A DNA stretch of 64,000 bases from the human T2T-CHM13v2.0 reference genome, Homo sapiens. A program made the translations under genes and the position numbers. A model generated the notes under the pieces. It saw only the letters and a list, made by a program, of their open reading frames with translations. It did no database searches and was not told the DNA's origin. The stretch lies in the NCBI RefSeq assembly GCF_009914755.1, contig NC_060947.1. One strand, given 5' to 3'. Below are positions 1 through 14,840 of the stretch, piece by piece (within the stretch, counting starts at the first letter, position 1; the number at the start of each line of letters is the position of its first letter).

Positions 1-26
1 ATGTACTCACATATACACCACAAGAT

Positions 27-342
27 TGATTGACTGATTGATTGATTGATTGATTTTTTGCGATGGAGTCTCGCTCAGTCACTCAGGCTGGAGTGCAGTG
101 GCATGATCTTGGCTCACTGCCAACCTCCGCCTCCCAGGTTCAAGTGATTCTCCTGCCACAGCCTCCCAAGTAGCTGGGACTACAGGTGCACACCACCACA
201 CCCAGCTAATTTTTTGTATTTTTAGTAGAGACGGGTTTCATCATGTTGGTCAGGCTGGTCTCGAACTCCTGACCTCAGGTGATCCACCCGCCTCAGCCTC
301 CCAATGTGCTGGGATTACAGGCGTGAGCCACCGCACCCAGCC
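27..342 (-). mobile_element. AluS (Sx/Sz-like) whose tail has decayed into a (GATT)n microsatellite
   Basis: Full antisense Alu dimer; (GATT)n at ~24-55; TSD CACCA[C/T]AAGAT at 16-26 and 343-353. Confidence 0.95.
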
Positions 343-499
343 CACCATAAGATATACGTACAAGAATACATTGCCACATTATAGCCTTTATAACTAGCAA
401 TTGAAAGATGGTTGTATAAATTACTGTTACTTGTCCAATGGAATGCCATGTAGCCATTAGGAAGAATAGGATACAGGCTGACAGCAGACAATATAAATG

Positions 500-700
500 A
501 TTCATTCATTCATACATTCAGCAAATATATGAGTTCATACTACTTTCCAAGCATTATTGATGCAGCCATGAACAAGACAATGTTCCTGTCTTTATGGATT
601 TCAAAATGTAGTGAGAGAAGCAGACATTAACCAGAAAAACAAACACATAATGAATGTCATATAATGCAACGTAGTGATTAAGTGCCATAAAGAAAAATAA
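500..700 (-). mobile_element. L2 3' end fragment
   Basis: TTCATTCATT...CAGCAAATAT is the reverse complement of the L2 3' terminus, followed by degenerate L2-like sequence. Confidence 0.6.
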
Positions 701-2464
701 GAAAATAGGAACAAAAGTATATATTGCTCAGTAAAAATAAAGAAATAGAATTAGGCTATTATAGTCCTATTCATGTTAAAAGTAAAGAAAACATATATAT
801 TCCATATAATTATATATGCATATATTCAAGAGACTTTTTTGGAGGATACATAAGACACTGTTTGTCAGTAGGGGATACTTCTGAAGAGAGACGGAGGGAC
901 TAAATCATGACAGAAAATAATGTTAAGATATTAATATTGTTAAATTATGACTTTCTGTGGTGTAAATTTTGTACATTTTTACTTTTTTACCACATACATT
1001 ATTTTTTAAATAATAAAAGAAGATAAACTAGAGGAGGTCAAGAGCTTGGATGCATGCAATTAATGAGCAATAGTATAGTCTTTGCTAGTTTGAATATTTA
1101 TTTGGGTTGCAACTTCAAATGCCATCCTTAGTCATTTCAATAACAAAAATGTGTAAATTAGGCTGGCTAAAAAAAGTACGGGGAATTAAAGAGCATGTGA
1201 TGATCTACAGAATGCATGTCTTGACTGTGGCTCTTAATTTTTTCTCAGACAAATACATTTCAAAGTGTAGAAAGAGATACAATTTTTCATTTCTCTGGCC
1301 TTATCTTACCAGAGTTCGGCACTCTTGCCCACCAAGGTCTGACCACCAGATCTTTTTAAGGTGATCTTGCTGACATATGAATTACATCAAATTGCTCACC
1401 ACTAAAAGGAGAAAAAAAAAACAGCCTTTTACTATAAGCACAATAAAATGCCAGATCGTTATAATGGCTTACAAATCCTCTAATCTGGCCTTTACCTCCT
1501 CTCTTTTCTCATTGTTTCTACCGTGCCCTTCACTGGCTATGGCATACCAAACTGAGTTTTGCTCTTTTTCTCTTTTGTACCTACACATTTAGTAGTCACT
1601 CTGGTATAAACTATTTACAACTCAATTGAATCGACACAAAAAGTCATTTTTTAGAACAACTAATATCCCTAAATTAGAAATAATTTGAAGCTTCTCTTGA
1701 CTGAGATGAGAACTACAAATTGAGAGCATAAAGGCTCATGTCTATTAATATTCCCATGTGTCATCAAATACCACTGAAATAAGCATTTTTTAAAATGAGG
1801 GATGAAAACACATTTCCCTGTGCCAAGCAATTTTTCTGTATTTCTCTGCACATTTACCTGAAACTTCTTTAGATATATGCACATTTATCGTTCTATCAGA
1901 ATGACATTTAATATATTGAGGAAAAAAGCTAACAAAATATCAAACATTTAAGATCTAAATCAAATTGCAGCAATTCATTAACATGTGAATCTAACAAGGT
2001 TATAATTCTTCATAAAATAGCTGATTTTATACTATAAATTATTTTTTATGTTAAATAGATGTGGGTTTTTTGTCTCACTTATTTCTGAAAAGTTGTTTTA
2101 AGAGAAATATAGATGAGAGATAATGCTGTTTCCTAAACACTTATATGGCAAATTTAAATCCATGTCAAGATGATAAAAAATAGACATAATTGCAATTCAT
2201 TAAGAAATAAAACACAGTTTTAAAATTCCACCTAAATCATTTTATATGTGCCACTGCTAGACTATTGGTTATTTGATGGAAAGATGTGGTTGTATGTAAG
2301 AGAGGTACCAAAAAATTAATGATGATAGCTAATTTTCATTGAAACATCTATTTCTGTTTCTCTGTCCTATTTTCCTTAAAAGTGTGGATGTTATTATGAA
2401 GATATTGAGTGATGGAATATCCAAAGATTTGCATGTAATGAAAATAATCAGAATTAGCTTATGA

Positions 2465-2600
2465 TATATGTACTATTATTTCTATTTTATAAACAAGGGA
2501 TGCCTCAGAATGCTGTGTCCATAATTGGCCAAAAATTGCATACCAGCAAGTGGCAGAGATTGAATTCACACTAAGATTGTCAAAATTTAAAACCCATTTT
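2465..2600 (-). mobile_element. MIR fragment
   Basis: TATTATTTCTATTTTATAAACAAGG...CAGCAAGTGGCAGAGATTGAATTCACAC resembles the antisense MIR core. Confidence 0.55.
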
Positions 2601-3520
2601 ATTATGTGGACAGCCTGAAGGAGGATAGGTGGTGCTTAGTGAGAAAGAGTGAATGGAATTCTCTTCACATTTGAAGCCTAGGAGATTAAAAATGTGAAGA
2701 TGTCATTAGTAGAAATAAGGACAAGGATTTAGATTCGAGTTTTGAAAAATGCTAGTTCCATTTTGAAGAGGTTGATCATAACGTGCTTCTGTTGAACATA
2801 CAGTCAATATATTTGATGTGGTTGAATATATTTTTAAGCAGCTAGGAACATAAGAGTAGTGATGTAGAATATTATTCTGGGTGGAAAGAGGTATAGTTTA
2901 TTTCAAAAAGTGACTGGCATCTTCCAAATATCTTCCAGATAACATAGCTCTCCTTTTCACTTTATGTGTATGAACCTACCTACGTTTACTACAAAATTGC
3001 TTGTCATTGAAGATGTTACATTCAGATTTCTGGCTTCTTGGAGATATGTACTTACAGTTAAATATTAACTTAATGTGAATGTCAAGGGAAAAATAATAGC
3101 CTGACATGGACTTTTCATAGTATCATGAGACAGACAGGATTTACTCACTTACAGACATGCAGGATATGATAAGATTGGCAGTTGAAATGAATTTTTGGTG
3201 TCCCAATGGGTTTTGTAAAAGAATTTAATGTATTAAGTGCCTAAACAATGTGTTTTCTCTAATCTTCACAATTTATTCTTTATTTTCATTCAAATCTATT
3301 CATAAATATTATCTAGAGAAGACTTTTAAACAAAAGAGCATGGATGGGTTTAAAAGGTCCTTATCACCAAGATGTAATAAGCACAATGTTGCTTCTCTGT
3401 GAAATTTTTCTGAAAGAGTTAGTTTGATTCTCAAAGGTTTCATGACTCTAAGCAGTGAAGAATCAGAGACTTAGAGAAAGTTGTTTATCTACTTTGGTGA
3501 GATATTTTATATCCTTAACC

Positions 3521-3739
3521 TAGTAGTTTTCAACTGTGGTGACTATGTCACCCAGGGGACAACTGGAAAGTTTCTGGAGACACTCTTGATTATCATAATA
3601 TAGGGAGAAGGAGTTCTACTACCATTTAGTGGGTAGAGGCCAGGAAGTCTGCTAAACATCCTACAGTGCACTGGATAGTCCCCCATCAGCAGAGCTATAT
3701 GGCCCCAAATGTTAATAGTGCTGAAACTGAGAAAGCTTG
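3521..3739 (+). mobile_element. MER20 (hAT-Charlie DNA transposon)
   Basis: CCCAGGGGACA...TCTGGAGACA...TAGTGGGTAGAGGCCAGG...GCTAAACATCCTACAGTGCAC matches MER20; ~220 bp with degenerate TIRs. Confidence 0.9.
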
Positions 3740-4375
3740 CCTGAATCCCTGCAGAGTTCTAGGATAATATAAAAGAAAGAGACTTCGATATTTTGTTATG
3801 CAATATATGTGCCAGTGTATAAAACAATTATTTTAACCACATTACTGATTAATTCGCGTGTGAATTATATTATGAGCCAAGAAAAGCCTGTATCATTTTA
3901 GTAGAATATTCTAACAGTAAGTGACTCTATCTCTTAAAAATACTGAGCACACATGGATATTTGAAAGGATATTTTTGAAGCTGCTTAAAATTAATGGACA
4001 TTAAACTCCCTCATGCTTTGTTTCATCAATAAAACTGTGGAGCTCATTAACAAAAACCAGAAACTTAGCTCTCTGAATCAGGAAATTTATAAAGTGTAGC
4101 CACTAGTGCATATCTATGAGTTTCTGAGTTAACTAAAAATTAAATATTATTGAAAAAAAGAAAAGCAAGCTCTTCATAAATTATTAATTTATACTTTTAC
4201 TAGTCTTCATATTAGAATGATTCAGGTTTTCTCACCTGATATATAACTTCTATCCCCTCCTATTTTACCTTAGTTAAATGGTTTAATTTTAAAATAAGCA
4301 TTTTCCTTCATTTATTATGTTCCTGTCCATATAGAAACCTGTTCTATAATTTTATCATATTTTTAATAATTTCCT

Positions 4376-5177
4376 TTTTCAGATGTGTTTATGCCCTTTG
4401 CTCATTTTTTAATGGGGTCATTAATAATCTGAGAAGTGCAAATCAAAACCACAATGACATATTATCTCACATCTGTCAGAATAGCTATTATTAAAAAGTT
4501 AAAAAATAACAGATACTGGCAAGACTGTAGAGAAAAAGGAACGTTTATACACTGATGATGAGAATGTAAATTAGTTCAACCACTGTGGAAAGCAGTTTGG
4601 ATATTTCTCAAATAACTCAAAACATAACTACCATTCAACCCAGAAATCCCATTACTGGGTATATAGCCAAAGGAGGATAAATCAAACTACCAAAAATACA
4701 TACACTCATATGTTCATCACAGCACTATTCACAATAGCAAAGACATGGAATCAACCTAGATGCCCATCAATGGTGGATTGGATAAAGAAAATGTGGTACA
4801 TATACACCATGGAATACTATGTAGCCACAAAAAAGAATGAAATCATGTCCTTAGCAGCAAAATGGGTGCAGCTGGAGGCCATTATCCCAAACTAATTAAT
4901 GTAGGAACAGAAAACCAAATACTGCATGTTCTCAACTATAAGTGGAAGCTAAACACTGAGCACACGTGGACATAAAGATGGGAGCAATAGACACTGGAGA
5001 CCACTAGATGGGGGAAGGCAGGGAGGAGGAAAGGGCTGAAAAACCACTTACTGCTCACTACCTGGGTGATAGTATCATCCATACCTCAAACCTCAGCATC
5101 ACGCAATATTCACTTGTAACAAACCTGCACATGTACTCTTTGAATCTAACATAAAAATGGAAATTATTTTTTAAAAT
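4376..5177 (+). mobile_element. 5'-truncated L1 (L1PA15-17/L1PB-like) with a short 5' inversion
   Basis: ORF2 C-terminus (MFITALFTIAKTWNQPRCPS...) plus 3' UTR on +; 4376-~4418 is L1 on -; TSD AATAATTTCCT at 4365-4375 and 5178-5188. Confidence 0.9.
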
Positions 5178-6249
5178 AATAATTTCCTCTATTTTTATCT
5201 TTATCTCCATTTAACCATGCTTATATTTATTTGAAAACTTTAAAAATATTAACATTTCTATCAAACTGATCTTGTTGGTAGGTAATTAAATCTTAGATGA
5301 GCAATGTTTCTTATCAAGTATGCAGTTCAGTATTGATGCATATGTGAAAGATGATGTTACTGTTGCTTCTTTAAAACATATCAAGTAATAACTACTGCCA
5401 AGTTAACATTGAAAGTTCAATTATTTGAAAAGATTCTTTTTGTCTACCTAATTAAAGACTTAAGATCATATTTTTCTTTTTTGTGCATTGGTAATTCTAT
5501 TAATAAGGGAAAACAAACTTGAATTTTAAAATAATATTCATAGAAAACTTTCAGGTATCCAAGGATATGAATTAGATTGGAGATAGTCATATACATTATT
5601 CTTGTCACACATCTATGAGGTTTTAAGCATTGCATGCCAGTCTTGTCTCTCATTATAATGACAACAGAAACATGACTGCACTTGAAACGTAAACATGCCT
5701 TGTATAATAACACTCCAACTACACTGTAGGATATTTTTATTCAAGAAGGACCACCTCATAGAGTTGAATTCTGTTTACATAATGGGTTTTAAATTGCTCT
5801 TTTCTTTCTTCTTTTCTACCTCAACCACATCAGTTTGTGCAGCACACAGAGCAGACAGAACAGTTTGGAGATTTGGTTTTCAGATCTGGCCCTCTGTGTG
5901 AGCTTGCACCCTCCTAAAACTTAATTAACCTCATGGTCCTTCACAGTAATAGGCCTCAGTTTCCACTTATGAAAATTACTGGATGTTTACTTCATAAAGT
6001 ATAAGATTCTTCCTTGCTATACCATTCTGTGTTCTGTTAAGAGAAGGCTAAGGGTGACCTTTTATGAAGGTTACTATTATTTTTGCAGGTTGCATTTATG
6101 GTAATATATAAGAATTTATGCAGAGCAACTTTACTTGCCAATAGAAAACAAAAGTATATGAACAAGTTTAAAATTAAACCAGGAACAAAATAAGTTCTTA
6201 TTCACTATTGGAATGGGCTGCAGAATGGTATTTTGGAGTTATCAAAATG

Positions 6250-6465
6250 GATAAGAGCTTGGAATCTGAAATCAGGCAGATTTGAAATGGAATCAGTCCT
6301 CTGTCACTCATTACATGGGTATCTTTGACAAGCCCTTTACCTTTTTGATTCTCAATGTCCTCATCTAAAATATGTGTATAACAATACCTACTTCTCAAAA
6401 TAAAACGTTTACAGGCTAGCATAGTGCCTGGCATAAAATAGTATCATAGTGAATAACCATTATAA
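6250..6465 (+). mobile_element. MIR (MIRb-like)
   Basis: CTCAATGTCCTCATCTAAAATATG...ATACCTAC...TAGCATAGTGCCTGGCATA MIR core and 3' part. Confidence 0.75.
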
Positions 6466-6709
6466 ATATAATAACCTTCTCTATAATTAAATTAACCAAC
6501 ACGTGTGTCCTGATTAATATAGGTATTTTAATGCCTATAGATATGAATTTATAATAGAATCTCTCCAGTTTATCTTCAGCAGTGTACTAGGAACTATTTT
6601 TCAAATTTCAAATATTACATTTTAACATTTACATTTGAATTCACATGTAAATGTAAATTTTTATACTTCAATATAAGTAGGTTAATATTACTATCAAAAA
6701 TTTAAATGG

Positions 6710-7140
<431 letters not shown>

Positions 7141-9049
7141 AAAATTGAAATGGAAGGCATTGGATGGCATGCTAGAAAGAATACAGCCAAGCCTGACTCT
7201 AACTGTGGTTTCTTGAACAATATGATACACCTGTTCAGCTATGTTTTTAATAAAATGAAATAAATGAGCATTTAGATTTGATACCTGCACAATTCACTTT
7301 GTTTTAATTCCATAATTTTATGATACCTAGTCCTCATATTTGCTATTTAATAAATACTCATAGTTTTCCAAAGTCTGTATACAGATACTCCTTTAGCAGG
7401 AGGAATAATTTAAGGCATATAAACGTGAAGAAGTTGTGAGTAAATGGCCCTCAAGATTTGCTTTACTTTTCCTCCAAAATATTAGTTTTTCAAGCAAAAG
7501 GTCTTCAAATGATTGACAAGCCTCTTCCTGTCAAGTGCAATAGCAAATCCTTCTGAAAGACTGTCAGTGGGTTTGATTCTTGAATCTCTCTTTAAATAGA
7601 CTCCATAGGGCAGCCTAGACAAAAAACACAATGGCAGTGAAGACACTTAGAGGGAAGTTGGAAAACCGTGTGTCCTTTAAAGCAGCAGATTTTTTTTATT
7701 GTAGAATAATATCCCCAAAAGGTTATTTATACAACTAAATTGGGAAGATCAATCTGGCATTATCATTTTATCAGGTCAGAAGGGGCTGAAGAGGGCACTA
7801 CTGCATGTGCCATGAAGAGTTTTAACATATTTTCTTTTAAATGTATACAATATTCTTTTAACCTGACCTAACCCCTGGTACTTGGGTAAAAGCAGAAGGG
7901 TACTTCTTTTCAGGCAAAAATTTTCCGCAAAGTAAACAGAGGTCATAGATTTTCACCAGTATGATTGACAGGGAAAGGCTTAGAAAGAACTTTATAGAGG
8001 TGATAAAAATGTGCTACAGTTAAGTTATTAAATCTTAAAGCAAATCTACTTATGTCAATTCAATATTTCTATTTTATAGTATTTTTCAATATTCATATAA
8101 TCCTCTCACTCAAACCAGATGCCTGGATATGTATAGCCTTTACATAAAGTTGTTTATGTTTCCTAATAGCTTTGGGGATTGGGGAAATGAGAATGATGTC
8201 CAATAATGTGTGATAAAATTAGAAACACACATATTCTGTACACCTTCAGTAAGTGTTCTTTGTGTTCCGTTAAATTTATATATTAAAATGTGCAGAGTTG
8301 GAGGATTGTAACATTTTTCAGGAACTCTACAAAGCAATTCAACAGAAACCCAACAAAATAGATAAATTTTACCTAGTTTGTCAATTATTCTACTCTTTTT
8401 ATTTTTTTACTAACACAATTAAATATTAGCTATTTCCCTTAATGTTTAATGTCTAAAAAAGAGACTCTTCAAATTTTGAAAATAGACTGTCTCTAGGTAA
8501 GCTAGCTACTTTGTAGACTAGAATGAATCATTGTCTAATTAGTCAGTCAATGAATAACTCTTTATAATCAGGCTATCTACTAGGCAATGAGGGAGAATAT
8601 TGTTTTTAATACAATTAAGGAAACAAAGTAAATGAAGGAAAGGGAAGAAGAAAGAGAGAAAGAAAAAGAATGAAAGAACAATGATATTCGCATAAATATA
8701 TAAGAATCATACAATTGTCATAAGTATACGTGTATATAAGAACTCTTGGCATTCAGGAGCAAAAGAGCTAAAAAACCTTATAGTTGAATTTTTATGAATT
8801 TAAAATTTTTTTTATTAACTATTTGATTTTATCCTTACAGTTTCCTTGTCATTTATGCAGGATACATTTTTCCCAGTGTGTATGGTGGGAAAAAAGGAAT
8901 TCTATTCATAATGATTTAAATTCAAGAAAATGTTTATATGATGCTTATCTTGATTTTTTTCCTTATTTGATAAACTTTCTTTAATATTGAGGCATGAAAT
9001 GCAAAGAAAAGTTTTGTTTTATTTATATATGTTATTAATTTGGAAGGCA

Positions 9050-9507
9050 CTATTGTTTGTTGATGCAACAACTGTTGCATCCCTTTTCTGTCTTGATTTG
9101 TCTCCCAGCATAGAGGCCAAAAATATCAGATAGTCACTTCCTGAGCCTACTGGGCCAAGTTACCAATGTCTCTTGCCTTTGGCATATGGGGGTTTGGCTA
9201 CCAGAGAACTTGTAGGACTGAATCTCCTCCATACAAATGGAGAGGACACATGAGAGGATCTTCATTTTTTAACAACTGCTTTCTTTCCAGTTTGAGACAT
9301 TTCAGTGTGAAGATGTTATATTTGCTACAGTCATGTTGCTACCATTTCACCAAGAGATTTACAGAGATAATGACTTGGGCCCTTGAGCCTTGGACTAATC
9401 ATAGACTATCTACTTTAAACTTTTTCTTAAAAAATATGTTTGTAGTAGTTAAGCCACTATTATTTGCATATTTGGTCACTTGCTGTTGAATGAATCTTAA
9501 CTGTACA
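9050..9507 (+). mobile_element. Ancient ERVL/MaLR-class solo LTR (subfamily uncertain)
   Basis: 3' end TTAAGCCACTATTATTTG...CACTTGCTG...TAACTGTACA is typical of old MLT1/LTR33/LTR50-type LTRs. Confidence 0.55.
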
Positions 9508-9744
9508 CCGTCTGACTTTTAAAAAAAATGACTTCTTTCTGCTTTATGTCTAGGAAAACTCAAACTCTCAAATGTATGAAACAATTGAATTGATGCAGAG
9601 AAAGCTGGAACTAACACTTTCTGAGAACCTGCTACTACTGTGGGGCAGACACTGTGCAAAATATTCTACATTTATTCTTTTGACTATTTTAAATGTCCCT
9701 TTTCTAATTAAAACCTTTTTCTCAGCACAGTATCTATCAAAAGG

Positions 9745-10460
9745 GTTTTCATTGTCCAAATATTTGTTGAGGAGTTATGGAATCTCAGGCTCTGGTCTGG
9801 GGACTAGGCCAAAAGTACCAAACAAAAAAGCCATGGTGATTATATTATAACAAAAATTGGCAGAAAACTAATAAATAAATAGCTAATAAGCAAAGCAAGA
9901 AATGTTTTGAAAAAAATGTGATTCAGTGTAAAGATAGTGCTGGGGGTGGAAAAAGATGTTATACTCCATAGTGTCTTTATAAAAGCCTCCCATGTTAAGG
10001 GGATAATTTAGAAAAGAATTCATGGATGTGAGGGACCACGTGGATATTTGCAGAAAAGTAATGTTCCAGGAAGACAGCACAAAAAGGGCAAATGCCTTAG
10101 ACAGAAATGTTGTTGTCTCATTCGAAGTATAACAGTGATATTAAAGTGGGCATAATACAGTCAGCAAGGGAGGGAAAAGTAAGAGATGACTCAGGAGAGA
10201 GGAAAGGCCTTATAGGCATTTTTAAGGAATATGACTATCACTCTAAGAAAAATAAATCTCTGTAAAGTTTTGAGCACTGACAGAATGATATGACTTGGTT
10301 TCCATGGCAAAAAGTGGGTCTATAGAGGAGCAAATGTGGATAGAGAACAACTGATTGTGAGGTTATTGCAATTACCCAGGCCAGAGACGATGATGTCTCA
10401 AGCGAAGTGGTAGCATCAAAGTAGTGAGTTTCTGAAGTGTTAAGGTAATCCATTAAATAG
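9745..10460 (-). mobile_element. L2 fragment
   Basis: CAAATATTTGTTGAG... start and GGTTATTGCAATTACCCAGGCCAGAGACGATGATG internal L2 motif. Confidence 0.7.
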
Positions 10461-10536
10461 CACCTGCTTCCATGCTCAGGTTCTGAGACCACTGGGAAAT
10501 AAATGAAAAGGTTAAGCAGATAAGGGCCAAAATATA

Positions 10537-10840
10537 GGCAGGGTGTATGATTCACAACTGTAATCCCACTGTTTGGGAGGCCAAAGTAGAAGGATTGCTT
10601 GAGGCCAGGAGATGGAGACCAGCCTGGGCAACATAGGGATATTCCATCTCTACAAAAATAAAAATAAAACAAAAAATAGCTGGGCATGGTGGTGTGCACC
10701 TGTAGTCCTAGCTACTTGGGAGGCTGAGGGAGAAGGATGGCTTGAGCCTAGGAGTTCAACATCGAGATGAGCTATGATTGCATCACTGCACTCCAGCCTG
10801 GGTGACAGACTGTCCAAAAAAGAAAAGAAAAGAAAAGGGA
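10537..10840 (+). mobile_element. AluJ
   Basis: GGATTGCTTGAGGCCAGG and TGAGCTATGATTGCA J-type diagnostics; TSD core GGGCCAAAATAT at 10524-10535 and 10846-10857. Confidence 0.92.
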
Positions 10841-12099
10841 ACATGGGGCCAAAATATTACCTATATTTATTTTATACTGATAAAATCTAGGCTGGAGCAT
10901 GTAGCCTACCATAAGAGTCAAAATGGACTGATAGTTTCCTGGCCCCTAGTCTAAACCTTGGATCAACCCATCCAATGAAAGATTGTGCCTTCAGACCAAT
11001 GTATCTAAATCTTTGCCTTTCACTCCCAAGTTGGAGAACGGACCAGTTCTCCTGAGTGCTGTAACTTTGACAGGATAGATGAAACTAACTGAAAAAGGAG
11101 GAATGAAAATTAAAGCATTTTATGTGTTGAGGAGTATTAACACATCTGGAAATGGGTCATAAGTGTTAAGGAAAAAAAAAAATCCATCCTCATAGGAGGG
11201 GAAAGGATATATAAGGAGTAGGGAAGAACCTTTGCCCTTAATATTTTTTTTCTCTTTGCTTTATTTACCATTGGGGAAAACCATTGACTTATAGTCAAGC
11301 AACAGTTTTGCATTCTCCTGTTAGAATTGATTGATTCTTTTGATTCAAACAAAAGTGAAAATTGATTCTCACTTTTATGAGACTATTTCTTGCATAGCGA
11401 TCACTGCTTCTTTGGTTATCCTTCCAGGGGAATTACTGGGAAATACGAATTTTGCCACCTGAAACCCCTGAAGTGGAACTGAATATTACGTTTATTATGT
11501 TCTAAGTCTACTTTGTAGCCAAGACCAACATTCACTCACTATTTTTCTTTTTTCACTGCACATTATTTCTAGCCACATTGCCAAACGTTCTGCAACAGAA
11601 TAAAATGACAATATTAAAATACTCTAATAATAAAATGTCAATATAAAGCCACCCTAAACTTAAATAAAAATCACATCACTCCCATATAAAATTCTTGGGA
11701 AGAAATTAGAGTCCACAGATTAAAATTCCTTGTAAGTTAAAGTCCTGAATAAACCCCACAAATAAAATCACCTTCCTCTCATGAGGAAGAATTTAAAAGA
11801 AATTAAAATCCATAATTTATATTCTCAATTTCTCATCCTGCAAAAATCTCATTCAGGAGGCTTCTTCATGATAGTTCCAAACTAAAATTCATTTGGAAGC
11901 TTCATTATGGGATGTTTCTTACTGAGATGAGTATAATTCAGGGCAGAGTTTTTATTAATTCAACACCAAGATCCTAACATGCTTTAATTTTTAAAGAGTC
12001 CAAAGAAACAATGAATTAAAGTAAAGGAACAGGGAAGATTATCATGGCATTGTATCCAGTGCTACAAATTTTAGAGAGAAAAGTAATCCAAACAGTTTG

Positions 12100-14840
12100 A
12101 TAGTGGATAGAACAAGTTAAAAGAACAGGAATATGTAAGACTTTAGCAATACTGTAAAGTGACTAGACCTAACAGACATCTGGAGAACACTCCACCCAAC
12201 AAAAGCAGAATACATTCTTCTCAAGCATACACTGAAGGATAAAACATATGCCAATCTATAAAACAAGCCTCAATAAACGTGAAAGGACTGAAATTAATAA
12301 AATATATGATCTCTTACTAAAAAAGAATTAAATTAGATATAAATTACAGAAGGAAATATGAGAAATCAATAAACATGTGGAAATTAAGCAGTATACTTCT
12401 AAATAACCAATAAGTTAAAGGACAAATTACAAGGGAAATTAGAAAATACTTTTAGGTAAAAAAAGGAAAAACATACCAAAACTTGTGTCCAAAGAAAAGC
12501 TATAAGTAGTGCTTAATTTATAGCTGCAATGCCTTTATTAAATAAGAAGAAACTCTCAAATCGGTAACATAAACTTCCACATTGAGAAACTAGAAAAATA
12601 AGAGCAAACTAAATCCAGATAAAGCAAGAGACTCAAAATAATAAAGATTGGAGTGAACATAAATGAAGCAGAGATTAGAGAAAAAAAAGCAAAGAAAATC
12701 AATGAAACCAAAAGTTGGTGCTTTGAAATGAGAAAAAGAAACTGACAAACTTTTAGCTACATTTATCAAGAAAAGAGAAGACTTGTCTTCTATTAATATC
12801 TGGAATGAAAGAGAATATACCACTACCGACCTTAGATACGAGAAAATAATTTTAAGAAAATAATGTGAATAACTGCATGCCACAAATTAGATGACTTTGA
12901 TGAAATAGACAGCTTTCAATAAATGACTGAAACTGACTCAAGTAGAAATAGAAAATCTGAGTAGACATAAAAAGTAAAGAGATTGAATTAGTAATTAACT
13001 CCTCTGCCACTAATACACAAAACATTCCCAGGTCCAGTGGCTCCACTGTAAATTCTACCAAACAATGAAAGAAGATTAATACCAATTCCCTCACAAATTC
13101 TTTGAAAAAAAAAATAGAAGATGGAGCAGGTCCCAAATCATTCTTTGAGTCCAGTATTACCCCGATACAAATACCAGACAAAGATACCAACAAAAAAAAC
13201 CTACAAACCATATTCCTTATGAATATAGATCCAAAATCCTCAAAAAAAAAAACTAGACAACTGAATATAGAGCATAAAAAAATAACTTCACATCATCACT
13301 GAAAAAGTTTTGCCCCAAGAATGCAAGTTTGGTTTATCATCTAAGAAGCAATTGATTTAATATATCATATTAATAGGTAAAAATAGCAAAAAACACATAA
13401 TCATCTTAATAGATACAGAATAAACATTTCACAAAATTCAACAACATTTCATGATAAAGCATCTTAACAAGCTAGTAATAAAAGATAACTGCTTCAAATT
13501 AATAAAAAGCATCTAATAAAAATCCATAACTAACATCACATTTAATAGTCAAAAATTAAATGTTCTCTCCCTAAGATAAGGAACAAGACAAGAATGTCTG
13601 CTCTTGCCACTTAAACGCTGTATTGGAAGTTCTAGCCAGGGAAATTAGGTAAGAAAAATAGATAAAAATATTTCATATTAAAAAGGAAGTAAAACTCTTT
13701 CTATTTTCAGATGACCTGACCTTGTGTACAGGAAACCTAAGGAATCCACTCGAAAACTATAGGAACTAATAGACAAGTTCAGCAAGGCTGAAGGATACAA
13801 AACCAATACACAAATATCAATTGTATTCTTATATAATAACAATGAACAATCTGAAAATGTAATTAAGAAAACAATTACATTTACAATAAATCAAAATCAT
13901 ATAATTCTTAGGAATAAATTTAACAAAAGAAGTACAAGAATTGTACACAGAATATTGCAAAACAGTTCGACAGAAATGAAAGATTTAAATAAATGAAAAC
14001 ACATCCCATGTTGACAGAACGAAAGATTTAATATTCTTAAGATAGCAATGTTTCCCAATTAATCTACAATCTCTATCAAAATCGCAGCTGGCATTTTTGC
14101 AGATATTGGCAAACCGATCCTAAATTTATATGGAAATATAAGGGACTCAGAATACCCCAAACAATCTTGATAAAGATGAACAAAGACAAAGGACACTATT
14201 TCCCAATTTCAAAACTTACTACAATGCTAAAGTACCCAAGACAGTAAAGTTCTGGCATAAGGTTAGACATGATAATTAATTGAATAGAACTGAGAGCTCA
14301 GAAATAAACCCTTACTTTATGGTCAATTTATTTTTGGTCAATTGATTTTTGAAAATCAATCACGGTCAGTTGATTTTTGAAAAGAGCGCCATGACAATTC
14401 AATAGACAAATAATGTTATTTTCAACAAATGGTGCTGGGAGAACTGGATATCCACATGCAAAAGAATGAAGTTGGACCCTGAACTCACACCATGCACACA
14501 CATGAAAATAATTCAAAATGCATCATACACATAAATTTAACAGTTAAAACAATAACAGCCTTAAAATAAAACATAGGAATAAATCTTTATATTTATTTGT
14601 ATTGTATTTAGAAAAATAGGCAATGTTTTCTTAGATATGACACCAAAAGTACATATCTAAGCAATAAAGGAAAAATAAATTGAACTTCATCAAAATTAAA
14701 AATATTTGCACCCAAAGATCACCATAAAGGAAGTGAAAAGAAAATTCGCACAATGAGAAAAAATATTAGCAAATCATATAGTGATAAGGGACTTGGATCA
14801 GCATAAAGAACTCTTATGACTCCATAATGTAAAGATAACA
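12100..14840 (+). mobile_element. L1MB-type ORF2 remnant, 5' part (endonuclease to RT)
   Basis: Continuous degenerate ORF2 homology (GACCTAACAGACATC...CACCCAACAAAAGCAGAATAC; TTTTCAGATGACCTGACC is an FADD-like RT motif); resumes at ~17231. Confidence 0.9.

Noticed and set aside
9062-9081. 9-bp hairpin GATGCAACA-AC-TGTTGCATC
   Set aside because: It is too short to exceed chance in 64 kb.
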